Source: Toensbergia leucococca (lineage: Eukaryota). Taken from it: a stretch of 49,916 nucleotides of DNA. Under the pieces are notes generated by a model. It was given only the letters and a program-made list of their open reading frames with translations. It had not been told where the DNA came from and searched no databases. The position numbers and the translations under genes are program-made. Location of the stretch: assembly GCA_022813965.1 (NCBI GenBank), contig JALDZS010000173.1, positions 1-49,916 on the forward strand. The letters are read 5' to 3'. Shown here in pieces: positions 1-13,102 of this stretch (the stretch's first letter is position 1; each line of letters begins with the position of its first letter).

Positions 1-1253
1 TTCAAATCTGTTAATCGGGAAAAGACTCGAGACATCTTCTCATCTTGCATCAGTGCGGAGCTTGACTGCACGACATTGGATTTTATTATGAATGCTGTTC
101 AAAAAACGATCCTTCGACGCGTGCTAATAACCGTTGGCTTTTGAGTTTTGAAAGCCAGTGAGAAGCCCTTTGGTTTCGGATAATATCCAGGTCAAATTTC
201 TCGGAGATGTAGTCGAAATCTCGCCTACAGAATCTCTCAGACACCCTTATAGTGGATCGATAACTAGAAAAGATGCCGATGAAAGATCTGGATCGCTAAT
301 GATGGAGATGGAAGTGGCGACGGTAGACGTGAGTTAGCGCTACCAAAGCCGTGGCCGGTCGACTTCGCAGAGCACATTCTGAACATGGAGACCAACATCA
401 TCTAAAAGCTCTCGAGGACACAGAATCTTGAAGCATCAGCTCAATTTTCCGCAAAAGAGATAGGCCGAAGGGCCTTTACCAGAGAATGCCAGAGAGAAGC
501 GATAACGGCATACTGCGAAATATCTTCGTCAGGTCACAAGCAGCCTCTTTGCTATTTTGGGGTTGCACCAACTATACTACTAGCAAAAGACACCTGGATT
601 GTCGGCGTGGAAAGTCTAGAAGTTATTCTCCGCGCCTAGGCATCATCTATCCCCAATACAAAGCCTGATTGTCGATCGCAGTACATTTTGACACCTTCCA
701 AACCTTTAAATTTGAGTCGTTTGATCTCTACCAAAGTCACAAAGTAATCAATGCAGATTGGGAGTATTTCACCTAACTCAAATGCATCTTCGACTGCATT
801 GATAGGATTTTAGTATCAAAGGCGATATTCCAGCCCTATTGAAAGTTATGACATGAACTACCTCCCCTGCTTTTGAATGCGAGAACTTTGAATGGCAACG
901 TCGACTTAAGTCATATGATATACACAGAAGGTCAGTGATTGTTTACCCTTCGATCTGGCAACTTCTCTCATCATCTAAACAGTACAAACTCCGAGGGACA
1001 AGCAAAGCAATCAGATTGTCAGTGTCTCAGAGGTTCTAGAAGACCCTAGATATCAACGCGTGACAGTCTCACACCCACCATCTAAATTGTTTCTCATAGT
1101 TCTCTTGCTCAAATTGAGAAAACGCGTAGAGGACTCATTCATATCGTATTTCTCTCAAACAAGGTCTAGGAGTATTTAATATTATTTCATTCCCTTTCTA
1201 CACCTCATCTTCTCCACCATTTCACGATCGACTCATTGATCAAGACATCATTC

Positions 1254-1832
1254 ATGACCATGTCTTTCATAATCCTTGTCCATAGAATAAAGCAGCGCAT
1301 GACATCAAACCAGTGGTACGACTTCCAATCCTCAAAAGCCGATCAAGAAATCTTCTTAAAAGAAGTCTCAAAAAAAATCTGGTCAGACATCGACAACCTC
1401 ACAATGGACCAAGCCACTGCATTTGCGGACGTCGCCAAAGCCTTACTTCTCGGGCCCTCGCGAATGACAAACGGCGGCCAGAGATTCCTACCCCTTGTCC
1501 TCAATACGACCTTCCCTCCTAATCAGCGCCTAGAAGCCCTATCCTTTTTCGAACAACAGCTGATGCAAATCCGCGAAATCGAAGCCACGGCCGACGCCGC
1601 CTGGATTTACAGCTACGATTCGCAAAAGGCCATCGAATCCAGGAGTGAAGAGGCAGGCTCTTCTCCCACCACTACGATGTCTGCGCAGGACAAAGAGGCC
1701 ATTATACGCGAATGGAAGAAACTGCAACTTCTGGCGACGAATGCGCAGGAGAGGCTCTCCCGGTTTCGATCTCGGTGTCAGAGTACGAGAGCCCGCTTGT
1801 CAACTGCGCTGGTGAGTTTGATCCCGGGCTAG
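1254..1832 (+). CDS. Hypothetical helical protein (~180-190 aa)
   Basis: Uninterrupted ORF to TAG at 1830-1832; first ATG at 1254, alternative at 1299. No recognisable motif. Confidence 0.45.
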   Translation: MTMSFIILVHRIKQRMTSNQWYDFQSSKADQEIFLKEVSKKIWSDIDNLTMDQATAFADVAKALLLGPSRMTNGGQRFLPLVLNTTFPPNQRLEALSFFEQQLMQIREIEATADAAWIYSYDSQKAIESRSEEAGSSPTTTMSAQDKEAIIREWKKLQLLATNAQERLSRFRSRCQSTRARLSTALVSLIPG

Positions 1833-2099
1833 ATAGGTGCTGCATGAGTTATAGCCTTGTTTAGACGAGCATGGGGACTGATGCGGGAGATTATCTAGGC
1901 TAGTGATGGAGGTGTTGATGTTAGTGTTGAGGAATGGGAGGGTTTGATAGGGTTGGTGCGGGATATGTATGAGTTTTGTGAGGCTTGGGATGCGAGGTGA
2001 GGTGTGCGTTACTGGGAGGTGCAGAGGAGAAGATTTAGACATGAGATATTAGTAGACGCTGAGCTGATACGGGAATGATTTTCAAGCCACATTTAGAAT

Positions 2100-3340
2100 G
2101 GGAAAATTCAGTGTCTTATATTTCCTTTTCAAAGAAAGTTGGAGTCATTTTTCTTAAGGGAATTTGTCAATACATTTTGGCTCCTGATACATGGACGCCC
2201 CCCCCACCCCACAACTAGTGGCCGGGCGCAAAACCACCGAGGGAAATTTTATCATTTATTCTGCATCACATCCTGCCTCGATTCCCCATCACTTCACAAG
2301 CCAAATTACCTACTTCATTTGCATGCCATCTATCACCTCCGCTGCAGTAGAGAATCATCCTGATATCGCACCACCTTTTCACCTAATTCTTCACCATAAA
2401 TTTCAATTTCCCCCCCCTTGATGAAACTCAAACCCTCACCTTTACAGTCATACATCTTCCTCCCCTGAGTGTAAGGGTCTCTTATGAGATTCCGAATTCT
2501 GAGTGTAATATGTCTAGCTATCTAGGTGTGAAGCCACTAGATATACTGTGGTGATGCCAAGCCACTTAGGGTTGCTGGCTCACCTAACCTCTCCTAACTA
2601 CCCTAGCCCTAAGAAAGCACCGTAACACTGAGCTCAATAGATCCTCTGCTGTTAGTTTTCAGATCCTGCAGTCACCTCACCCCTGTGATCATTCTGCAGA
2701 AGCCCTTGACTGATCTCAGAGTGAGAGATTACAGCAGGGTCTTTGGTAGAGATGTGTAGAGAGATTGTTGTCTTAATTTGAGGTGGTGGGATGAGGTCTT
2801 TAGAGGGGTGACTGAGGTGATTGAGGTGATCAAGGATTTAGAGGAGGGTGAGGGAATAGAGGGAGAGGGGGAGGTGAAGGGGGGGAGGTGAAGTTTCTGT
2901 GAATGAGAGGGTATTTTATGAATTTGAAAGGAGATGAATAGCTTGCAAGATCATGATGTTTCTGTGTCTGAGAAGATGATCATATGCCTGAGAGTTGAAG
3001 AAATCAAATCAGGATGTGATACAAAAAGCATGCCTTTTTTCTTCTAAAATAATTTGACTTTCAAATGAACACACAAATAAAACAAGTAAAATGATTTTGC
3101 ATAGTAACACACAATTAAGACAAAACATGATGCAGAATAAAAATCATCTTTCTCAATGATCATGCTCCTGACTGAGAGGAGGGTGAAAGGGAGGAGAGTG
3201 AGTGTCAATTATCAAACGGGGGTTGTCAGAATAGTAAGATCTGAATATTATTACTTGAAATATAAGCCCATCAATTTCACCAAGCAGAAAAAAGAAACAT
3301 AAGCTGCACTCTGAAAAAGTGAGATGAGAAGCATGCAAAA
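2100..3340. mobile_element. Non-coding long-inverted-repeat (foldback/MITE-like) element, copy A, interrupted by a solo LTR; ends approximate
   Basis: Arm ~2222-2335 is an imperfect reverse complement of ~3060-3170. Internal 2676-2762 matches the reverse complement of ~25410-25500, and 2179-2201 (GGCTCCTGATACATGGACGCCCC) matches the reverse complement of ~25726-25748. Confidence 0.7.
2470..2627 (+). mobile_element. Solo LTR (158 bp), copy 1
   Basis: TGTAAGGG...CCGTAACA termini (TG...CA), flanked by a perfect 5-bp TSD CTGAG (2465-2469, 2628-2632). Highly similar inverted copy at 33678-33841. Strand is relative only. Confidence 0.9.
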
Positions 3341-3618
3341 AGCCGCCATTGGTGAAACACTCTCAGAAAACCGTCCCTGAACCGTGGGTTCAGAAAACGA
3401 CGAGATAAATCACCCAGCGTTTCGACCAAAATCTCCACTCGTAAACATCCCGTATCCTATGCTGGCTCCTCCTCTCTGACTCCAATTTCCTCTGCGCTCG
3501 TGATCCAAGCAGTCTAGAGTCGTCAACGAAGAAAATAATGAATCAGTACCCCAAAACTGAACTCGAGTGAAGCTCCTCCAATAGCAAAACTACTATTCAT
3601 CGCTCCTTCCCATCAGCC

Positions 3619-6035
3619 TCAGCCTTGCTCTTCCGGTGCGTCCACATAAGTTTCTTCCTGACCATCAGACTCGTCCGATATGGAAGCTCCTGAATCAGAA
3701 GAGAACGATTGACGCGCTTCTCGAGGATGATTCCTATCCTGATCCACACTTTCCAGAAAGGCTTGAAAGGCATCAATCCACTCCTCCGTGACATCGGTCC
3801 GTGATCTTGCCACATCTATAGCCGTCAGGCCGTCTTCCTGCCTTTTTTCCTGGATCTTTCGAGGGTTTAGGAATGCATCGGCAAGTAGCAGAAGACTTAT
3901 ACAATCGGCAGACTCGGCGGCCAAATGCAGGAACGATCCGTCTTCTTTGATGTGTCCAATGTGGTCGGCTCCACGTTGTAGAAGTAACCTCAGAGTTGAA
4001 TGAGCGTTTCGCCGAACAGCCCAATAAAGCGCGTTTCCTCCGTAAGTATCTTGAGCGTGGATGTCTGCATCCAAGCCAATAAGCCTCATGGAAAGTTTTT
4101 GATTCCCCCATCGGATAGAAGATTCTAGAGGTGATTCGCCCTCAGGTTTGCGAGCATTCACATTCTCCTGGTAGCGGACTAAAAGATCAAGTATTTTATT
4201 ACTTAAACCAGCCGAATGCCTCTTTTTCGCTAAAAGATGTAATGGAGTTTCACCATTTGGACCAATTGCGTTGGCATTAGCTCCATGTTCAAGAAGGATG
4301 CGAGCACATTGATAAGATGGAGAGCGTACTGCGTATGACAAAGGAAGGTTCATAAAACGGTCAGAACTGGAATGGTTGGCTCCTTTCTGTAACAGATAGT
4401 GAACAGCCTCGCAGTTTCCACGCCACGCGCTCCATGAAAGAGCTGTACAACCATTTAAATCACCTTCATTGACCAAGTGCGGGCTCTCTTGAAAGGCCTC
4501 TTCCAGACTCAGTGGGGTAAGCCTGAGTACTGCGCGGTGTAAAGGTGTGAATTGCCAGCTTTCAAATTCAGGATCTGGAAACATGATGCGAAGCTCATCA
4601 GCTTTCTTTTGCTCATGAGATGGCCTGGTTAATATAATGCGCCATGCCGCTATAGAAGGAGTACTGTCAACAAGTTAGTCGTGTTCCTCTACTTCTGCGG
4701 TTTCATAGACATCTCACACATGCTCTATCGACTCACTGTGTGGATCTGCCCCTGCATCAAGCAAAAATTGACACATTGTTATTTGACCACATTTTACAGC
4801 TTGCTAGATGTAACCATCCCCTTCAGCTCAGAATCGAAATTGCGACAACGCAATTGACTTACATCTAGGGGTGTGAAGCCATATAAGGAAGAAACGTCGT
4901 ATGGAGAGCCCCTACGAGAGGAGAGCAACGATTTCATGTCATCCACGTTTCCATCTTGGGCTAGGCGGAATATCTTGGACTCTTCCCAGACAATCCGTGA
5001 AACTCGGAGGCTTTGGACTAGGCCGTCCGGACGAGAGATAAGGATGACAACATCCAACGCTCGAGCCATGAACCAGGATGGAAAGAAGTATTTAATGCTA
5101 ATGACTGGATCCGACCGTCTCTGGCATCTGATATTGTTACACCCACTGGATACTAATGGCAGCCCTGTATAGCCGATGAAGAGAAGCCCAAGGATTGATT
5201 GCAGATAAGACGAGCTTCGCCATGAGGAGCGAGTATGACAGCTGCAAGTACATCCTGACCGGCAGACTGACTGAGGTCGCCTATGGACTGGCTGGAGCTG
5301 AAGACTCCAATATCCACCGTTACCCCCCCGTGGAACATGTCTATGTTGAGACGATCCACTTTCGGGAGTGCGGACGACTTCATCTCCCCTTACTGCCGTG
5401 TAAGCCCTGAGAAGATCATTGAGAGTATGCTCAGCTCTGTCTTGAGCTCGGATGACATCAGGCATGGCTCTCTCTAAATTTCCCTGGCTAACAAGTGTCT
5501 GACTTGTCAATACGTGGGTTTGATCTTGTTGTGAGAGAATGCTATTACTGATATAGCGCAATTCAGAAAGCTGAAGTTCTACCCGCAATGCAATCCTGAA
5601 TGACAGTATCCCTACGGCAGCTACGAGATCCATCCTGATTGTATGAATCTCCGTTTGTATCATTTTCATTCTCTTTCGCTCTCTCATCCATGCCGACTTA
5701 TTTATATTAGGCTCATTGCTAGGTCCCGGGGTTGTCAGACGGTATACTATCAGAGATTCTAGCTCTAGTAATTTCTCTCGCGCGCGGTCGAGGATGGGTT
5801 TCAGATTAGCGGCAAAATCCTGCGTCCTCCGGTTGATAGAGGCAATATCTTGGTGCTCTTGGAGGAGAGTGTTGGTCTCTAAGACAATTAGATGGAGGTC
5901 AGATATCTCATTATTCAGTGCGTGTAGGGCCTCGGGTGCTTGACGCAAGGATCGCAATTTTTCGAAGGCTCCCGCAATACTTCCACCGGCACCAAGAAGT
6001 GTAAGGATGCTAACTGTCAGGGACAAGGGGTCCAT
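3619..6035 (-). CDS. HeLo-like (fungal STAND N-terminal) domain plus ankyrin-repeat protein, no NACHT/NB-ARC seen; 3 exons
   Basis: N-terminus MDPLSLTVSILTLLGAGGSIA...LRQAPEALHALNNEISDL is typical of Helo_like_N. A CRSGCTCSCH linker precedes several ankyrin repeats (TPLHRAV, TALSWSAWRG, GETPLHLLA). Introns at ~4804-4862 and ~4663-4717 join the two ORFs in frame. Confidence 0.85.
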
Positions 6036-7839
6036 TTTATTTTCTAATTTAGACAACTTCTGGTAGTCGTGCTTGGCTGGTATCTCGAAATATGAGACCT
6101 AAATGAAATACTCGGTAGGCTTTTGAATACGGCCCCTAAAATAAGATCATTTAGATCAAGTTAGGGTAACAAGAATCCTGCATACGTCAAATCTCCTATT
6201 CATACAGAATTGTCAAGAGCAATGTTGCGGAAACGTATAGCTAGGTAGGGAACATACAAATCGTCAATATTGATTGAAGACTCTTGCTGCCTAGTTCTTA
6301 GGCTTATGTTCACCCGGGTAAATCGGCAATTACCATTTAGATCGTGTGAGGTCCCAATCCAACATGGCTCTTAACACTTCCAAAAAGGCGGCGGAGGAGA
6401 GAAGAACAGGCTCTGCAGATCTGTTGGAAGGCTGACACAGGTTCTTTTCTGTACCTTCCCATGGCACAGTTTAAGGACTACCACTCAACTGATTTTCAGG
6501 TGGGTCCAGCGAAGTGAAGTCCTTTACCCGCTCCCCTATATTTGCGTAGTTGCTGCCTCGCTTGCGCCCTGTAATTGTCGTACTTGCTTCCCATTAGCAG
6601 CCGAATACCAGCATGCGTACTGCATTGTTCATTATGGCGCATTGTATGTGCAGATATTATTGATTTCTTTGCCTGAAAATTGCCTTGTGTGATCTCAACC
6701 TATGAGATGCTTCAATGCGCAACGTCTTTTCACATGCTCAAAAGAAAACCCAAACATCATAGCTGTAATTCAAACGATATTTCCTTGCCAAAGAACGAAG
6801 GTATTAAAGAGACATAGAAGTACATCTGAAGCTTTCAGAACTTGGTTCAACGACAGCCTTTAAGCAGTCGATTGCATGTGATACATTACCTGCATGAATA
6901 AAGATAGCCTTGAAAGGCATCTGGTGTAACAATCGTTACAGTTCCCGACGAAGATACAGGCATAAAGATCTGCATTTGAGCGATTTACTGATAGGCCATG
7001 TTGGGCTTCTGCATCGTGTTACCCAAGTAGATAGCACCGTGTCCGAGCGGAAGCTGTGGTGAGTTGACAAAGGTCGATCAAATCCGAGCAGATACAGCAG
7101 GCAACTAGGTCTCAACGTTTCATGGCTCCCCGGTACATTTCACATGGCTGTATCGACCAGAGCTTCTCTTCTAACATAAGACAAAAAAAATCCCTGTTTG
7201 CTGACAAGTCAACACATCCATCAACGACCACCAAAGACCTACCTGGAATCTGGCCTGGTAGTCAGTCGTCTTTTTATCAGCTATTGCTTATACTTGAGTC
7301 GATTCATGAGATATGTTTAGTCAGAAAATGATACTTGAAATCAACAGGCTGGCCACTAAGTATCCTAAACTTGTAAGCGTACAACAATGGTGACACCTTT
7401 GCGGGTGCAAGGAAAACCTAGCTCTAAAGCATGTACGCTGCATCATGCCAAAGCAATGAGCTCTAGGCAGAAGTGAGGCACAGCCAAGCTTGAAAGATGA
7501 CCATTGCGGCGTGATCGACTGTCAATGTTGCATGAAGGCTGGGATGGAGAAAGGAGACAAGGTTCTTTGCATGCGTGAAGTACAATACGCATTTATGTCA
7601 GTGCTAGCGCGGGCTTCTTGTATTGTATTTCTAGCCGTACAGATGCTAAAAATTCTAGGTATGAATGAAGGTTAGGGCACTTAGGGCATCGGTTGATCCT
7701 TCATGATCCCCATGACTAGGACCCTAGGTAAATTTGACTGCCGTTATTTTGTAACCAACCAGAGAATCTATCGTCCACTTTATAGCAAACCCTCCACCAA
7801 ACACACATCCCCTTCACAGCATCCTGAAACCCTGATAGC

Positions 7840-9673
7840 TCAATTGCGTCGCGTAGGCTGACTCCCTGCATCGATACCACTGGACTGCGCCTCCTCCTCA
7901 TCGCCCTCAAGCAAAATCTCCTGCCCATTCGAGCCCTCCCTGACCCACCGACTTGCCACACACGATAGTACCGCCAAGCCGGCAAGACACCAAAAGCCCA
8001 GCCCCACCACCCCAATCTGTAGGCCATTTCCAAAGATGGTAAATGCGGCAACGGGAAATATGGACCGACTGAGATTGCCGACCACAGTGCCAGCGGTGTG
8101 GACGGTGCCCCGCACAGATGGATGAGGTGTACAGTCGTTGATCAGCAATGTCGTGGCAGGCGTGACCCCGGTTCGACCAACGATGAACAGCAGCAGAACA
8201 ATGCACACTGCAAGCCATACCAAGGCATTCTCGCCATTTGGGTAATTGGCCGAAGCAACTAGCGAGGGAAAAGGAGCGAAGATGTAGACCAGTGGGAAAA
8301 TAAACAGTGCGACTTGCCATACCCTGACAGCACCAAAGCGATCGTTGAGCATCGGGTATACTGCCATCTGTAAAAAGACTCCTATAGCACCAATGATTGA
8401 CATGGCAAATCCTACGTCCCGCGGCTGCATGCCTATACCACCGCCGAAGTGTATCGGAGGATGTTGTTTATCGGGCTGCTCAACTGGCGTGCTAAGAAAA
8501 ATGGCCCACAGGTTTGAGAAGGTTCCAAGGTGACCGGCAATGATGAAGTGGGAGAGCAGCGTGCACAATACGTTGAAAGTCCAGATACGGCGAAACGGGA
8601 GTTTGGCTTTGCGCTTCGGAGGTTTGGAAGAAGAAGAGGCTGGCCTTCCGCCAGGGGTGAACTCGACCAGGGGAGAGGTCGGTGTATTCGGCTCTTCAGA
8701 GTTGATTGCAGCGTATGCATAGTCTCTCGAGTCGCCTCTAGATGTGTAATTGACAATCTTCTTCCACATTCGGCGTGCAAAGCTTCCTTCGGTATGCTGA
8801 AGACTTTCAAGTGTTTCTTCCACCCCAAAAATCACACCTATGGCAGCTATAGCAAATATTGCAGCTGTGAACATATTTGGTGGAGCATATGGATAAGCCT
8901 TGAGGGGCCCATTTCCAGTTTTCGAGCTCAGTAATCCACCTACAAGAGGGCCAAAGAGCTGGCCTGCGTTGGCAAAGAGTGGGAGAAGTAGCAAGGCCCG
9001 GGTTCGATGGCTGTAAAGCATTAGCGTGATTCCAGCAGAGACCCTATTCACTGACCGTTTGTCCGGATTAAGCTCCGCTACAACGCATCTTGTGATGGCT
9101 ACATTGCTATTCATGGCGCCGCCAAAGACCTGCCATGCCACAGCCGCAACGAAAGTCTTGGAAAATCCGTACCCAATGTTTGACAGACCTTTTAGGCATC
9201 AGACAAGACTTGTATCCCCCAGTTGATTCAGTCAAAACACACCAGAGCTCAGTAATCCTATCACCAACACGGTCTTTCTCCCTCCCCAGTCCGAGTCTGC
9301 TAATCGACCCCACAGCAGGCCGCTACAGACTTGTGCGGCGGTCTTGGCACCAACGATAATGCCGGCTTGGGTGGATATCATCGAAGCCGAGGCGGTCGGG
9401 TTGAAGAACTTGAGTTGGTAGAACATGTATGTCTAGCGCATCAAATCAAAATCAGACAGGGCTCGGTAATTGATCAGGGCACGGTTTTGTAGGGATAGGT
9501 ACTTGGATAGATGTTGAGGCCAGAGGTTCCGCCAATCGAGCGATACACAGCACAGCGAGCTGACCCTTCTTTTGCAAGCTCATATACGACACCTTCTTCT
9601 CTGCCGGTCTCGATTCAGGTGAAGCATTGGTGTTCACGTTCAAAGACGGCTGTCGCTCCGATTGGTGAGCCAT
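7840..9673 (-). CDS. MFS transporter (ZIF1/YCR023C-like), 3 exons
   Basis: Motif A (WGRLADSDWGGRKTVL), LAEPLASTSIQ/YMFYQLK, many TM helices, INDCTPHPSVRGTVH. Three ORF fragments are separated by short introns. Confidence 0.88.
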
Positions 9674-10815
9674 AGCTTTCGGTAGGAGTTGGATTTGTGG
9701 AGAGGATCGAGTCGGATGAGGTGTGCATCTGGCTTTATCGAGGCAAGTGCCGGACAGGAGATTCCTTTGCCATTGAAGAGCAGGTTCCTACAGCCGGATG
9801 GCGATGGAGAGTACTTCGTAGAGTCAGGCCGGATGTTCTGGGGACTGCGGATTTCTCCACTGAAGAATTGCCGTGGTACGTAATGCCGCTTTTCTGGCTT
9901 ACAAATCACCAATCAAGCCCTGTCATATGGTTCCTTAGCCGAAGCTGGTTCAAATCCTCGAATCCCTCCACCTGAGCACTTCAGCATCACGCTTTTACAA
10001 ATTTCAAATACTAAATCCGGGGGAAATTACAGCAAAAGACGGTAAGATTTCACCCAGAATCAACAGCTGAAGCTCATTGTACTCAAAATCCTTCATTTGC
10101 TCCGACTGCCATCTTACCATTGTCCGCACAGGCCTACGTTAAGATACCAAGACAAAAAGCTCAGATCAGAATCATGATACTCTAGAAATACATAATCCAG
10201 ATCTGACTTCTTCACATACCTCCCATTCAAAGACTGCTACGTAAGACAAACGCCTGCGGGCAAACTCAACCCCAATCCAATCCTAGCACAAAGCGGGACC
10301 ACAAAGCAGATAGATCAACCAGCCTACCACCCTCCCATGCCGTCGGAATATCTTATTGCGAGGTTTCTGACAACAGACATCTCGTGGAGACCTTATGCTC
10401 GCGGTTGTAGCTGACAAACAAATTTACATTGGCCAGATGTTTGATTGGTCCGGGTTGAATTGTCGTCCCGTGTTGGAGGAAGGCGTCGTACGGGGAACTC
10501 GATGTATGGGAACTATTTCGCTTTTGCATGACCGCTCTAGAAGATAGATCTCTGTAGTAGAGTAGCACTGTGGTGCGCTGCTTGAGCAACAGGATGGAGT
10601 CGGAACAGTTTGAATCTTGTTAGGCCAAAAGGTTGAGGCAGAGGGAATTGCAAACACACGGCCTCCGCTCCAATTATCAAATTTAGGATCATGTCTGATT
10701 TTTCATCATCGTAGCCGTAGTTGCTATGCTGAAAAGCTGGTCCAAACTCTTGGTCAGCTCCTAGAAAGTAGTGTAGGTTCTCGGCACACCAACAGCCAAC
10801 GATCGGCACTCTCGT

Positions 10816-11670
10816 TCACCGTGTAACGTGTATGTGATTGATATTTTGATTCGAAAACGTATGTGAGCTTGGAGACGAGCCTTGATATGAAAATGGATGT
10901 GGGCCTGGGCCTGGACGTAGATATTGATTTGAATACGAATTTGGATCAAAATACGTATTTTGAGACGTCTCCCTCCCCATCTCCATCCCCCGGTTGGCTC
11001 TGTTCCTTCTGAGACGTTGCAATTGCCACAGTCCGATGATTATTGATGGAATCCCGACGCCGAGCCCGACGGCTATACTGATAATGTCGCTCGTTGAGAG
11101 ACCTGATAAAGATGAAGTGCTACTACCTACGGCACTATTGCTGGTCCCACCATCGCCATCGCTGTTGCTATTCGATGATGTATTGGATGATGCTGTTTGC
11201 GTAGCCGTTGCGGCACCGCTAGTAGTGCCAGCTGGCGAAGATGTTTGGGCCGAACCGGCCACTTGGCCCACGGTGATGGTCGATGTTGTGGTCAGCGTTC
11301 CTGGATCGATTGTTCCTTCGTCAGATTCCTGGTTGCACGTGAGTGATATGGCGGCAATATCACCGCTGTAACGGCCCGAGCACGTATTGGTCACTTTTTC
11401 CAAATCCAATGATCCAAGCTGTGTGCCGCATGACGTGTCTGAGTAACTGATGAGGTTGACACTGCCACTAGTGCAACCAATGGGATTTATTGAGACTGAT
11501 CCAAGGCCAGGGGTGACAATGCATTCGGAGAGGGGAATGGAGGCTTCGGCATGTTCAGTACTTGCAGTCTGGCATTGAAGATCGGTATAAAAGTCTAAGG
11601 ATTGGAGCTGGGCCAGTACGGCAGAAAGATTATGGAAGAGAAGGAGGTGTTTGGCTAATGAGCGACGCAT
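10816..11670 (-). CDS. Type I membrane protein: signal peptide, Cys-rich ectodomain, Ser/Thr stalk, single TM (cell-surface sensor-like)
   Basis: Hydrophobic N-terminus, 6 Cys, S/T-rich tract, TM IISIAVGLGVGIPSIIIGLW followed by the basic stop-transfer RLRRNR. Confidence 0.8.
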   Translation of the reverse strand: MRRSLAKHLLLFHNLSAVLAQLQSLDFYTDLQCQTASTEHAEASIPLSECIVTPGLGSVSINPIGCTSGSVNLISYSDTSCGTQLGSLDLEKVTNTCSGRYSGDIAAISLTCNQESDEGTIDPGTLTTTSTITVGQVAGSAQTSSPAGTTSGAATATQTASSNTSSNSNSDGDGGTSNSAVGSSTSSLSGLSTSDIISIAVGLGVGIPSIIIGLWQLQRLRRNRANRGMEMGRETSQNTYFDPNSYSNQYLRPGPGPHPFSYQGSSPSSHTFSNQNINHIHVTR

Positions 11671-13102
11671 AGCTGAGAATAAAAGTGAAGAAGACAGTCT
11701 TCAAATTTTCGTCAAACTTTTAAATTCGCTGTCAACAACGATGTTGCAGTATAACTTGTAATTCTATAGAGAAGAGAGCAGAACAGAGAGCTTAGAGAAC
11801 GAGGGGTTGAGAAGGCAGATGAGGGCCCTTGTGCACCAAAATAGAGGAAACAAGGATATTGAAAAGAAAAGAAAGGGGTTAGGCTTGGGGCTTGCAGAGA
11901 GTCCCCCACAGTAGGTAGTTGCACTCGACGGAATATTACTATATTCGGTGTCATAGCCGCTGAAAGGTGCATGAAGATATTCCCGATGCAGGTCCAGAAG
12001 CTCGCCTGCCGCCCTCTCGCTTCAGCCAGCCAATCACCCCGTCCTGCAAAGGTAGGGTACACCAGCCTATCAGGTCCTCTCATTCTTTGGTGCCACTGTT
12101 GGATTAATACGAAGATTGCGAATCTTCACGTTCTGCTGAGATAGAAACCCTCGACCCATAAAAGTCGCAAACGGAACAGAAAAAAGGGAAAGCGTCACAG
12201 TAGACAAGAACAAGATATACAGATCTCACTGAGCCTCAGCTTGCCCTCAAGCTTTACAAACAAAGTCAATCTCAAGTGGAATGTAGAATAGCTCCAGGTG
12301 GTGTGGTGCATGTCTGGGGGTAATGAAACGCCAAGCGGTGGGGGTGAGGCAGATTGCAGTTGGAGTCAGGCTGGAGGGCGAGCTCTTATCAGGCCCTCGG
12401 ACTGCAGTCAAGTCTACCGCTCAAATGATAGAAGGTAGATGGTATGTAATAGAGTTGAAGACGTCAAGTCAGAATGTCGCCCTAGAATATTCAAACAATT
12501 AAATAGCCAATGCTCGAGGGATTGAGACTTGCGCCCGGGGTGAAATAGGGTTGCCGAATTGGGCGACATAGGTAGTTTACCTGATTGGTTATCAATGCAT
12601 GACATGTAGGTATACCCCTTACAGACTTGATGTCATTATAATGTCTATCTCGAGTCAGTGAAGTCTTTACAACTTCGATCATTCTATTAAATCTACCCAA
12701 TTCCAAATTCAATATATAAGTCTGTTTGTGGAATATATGTATCTTGTCCATACCAGGCTGCCCACGCACTTACATTCCCAATCCGGCCTCCTCTTGTCCG
12801 CCCCCAGTAGTGAGTAATCCCGATTTCTTCGACTTCAGTAGGCACGCTCGACCCGCCCGTATATCTTCCTCTAAATCTAGTTTATCTTCCTCAGCGAGAG
12901 ACGATCCTGGTAGAGTGTGGACGGAAACATTTGTCAGCGACAGATCTAGTACGAGCATTGTGAGTACTTGAGCTACGACCGTCGGTCTTGCCGCTCCTTC
13001 GGGACGTCGTACGTGTAAAGCAACACATGAGTGTGTAGGTGTAGTGTGTCGGGCGACTCGCCAATCAATAGTACAACGCAAAAGCATGTCAAAGTCGCCT
13101 GG

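Noticed and set aside
1..1000. Possible degenerate coding sequence on the + strand
   Set aside because: Protein-like stretches are broken by stops in all frames and show no recognisable motif.
12414..13087. Short ORFs downstream of the DHA1 transporter
   Set aside because: No motifs or convincing splice structure; likely UTR or intergenic.
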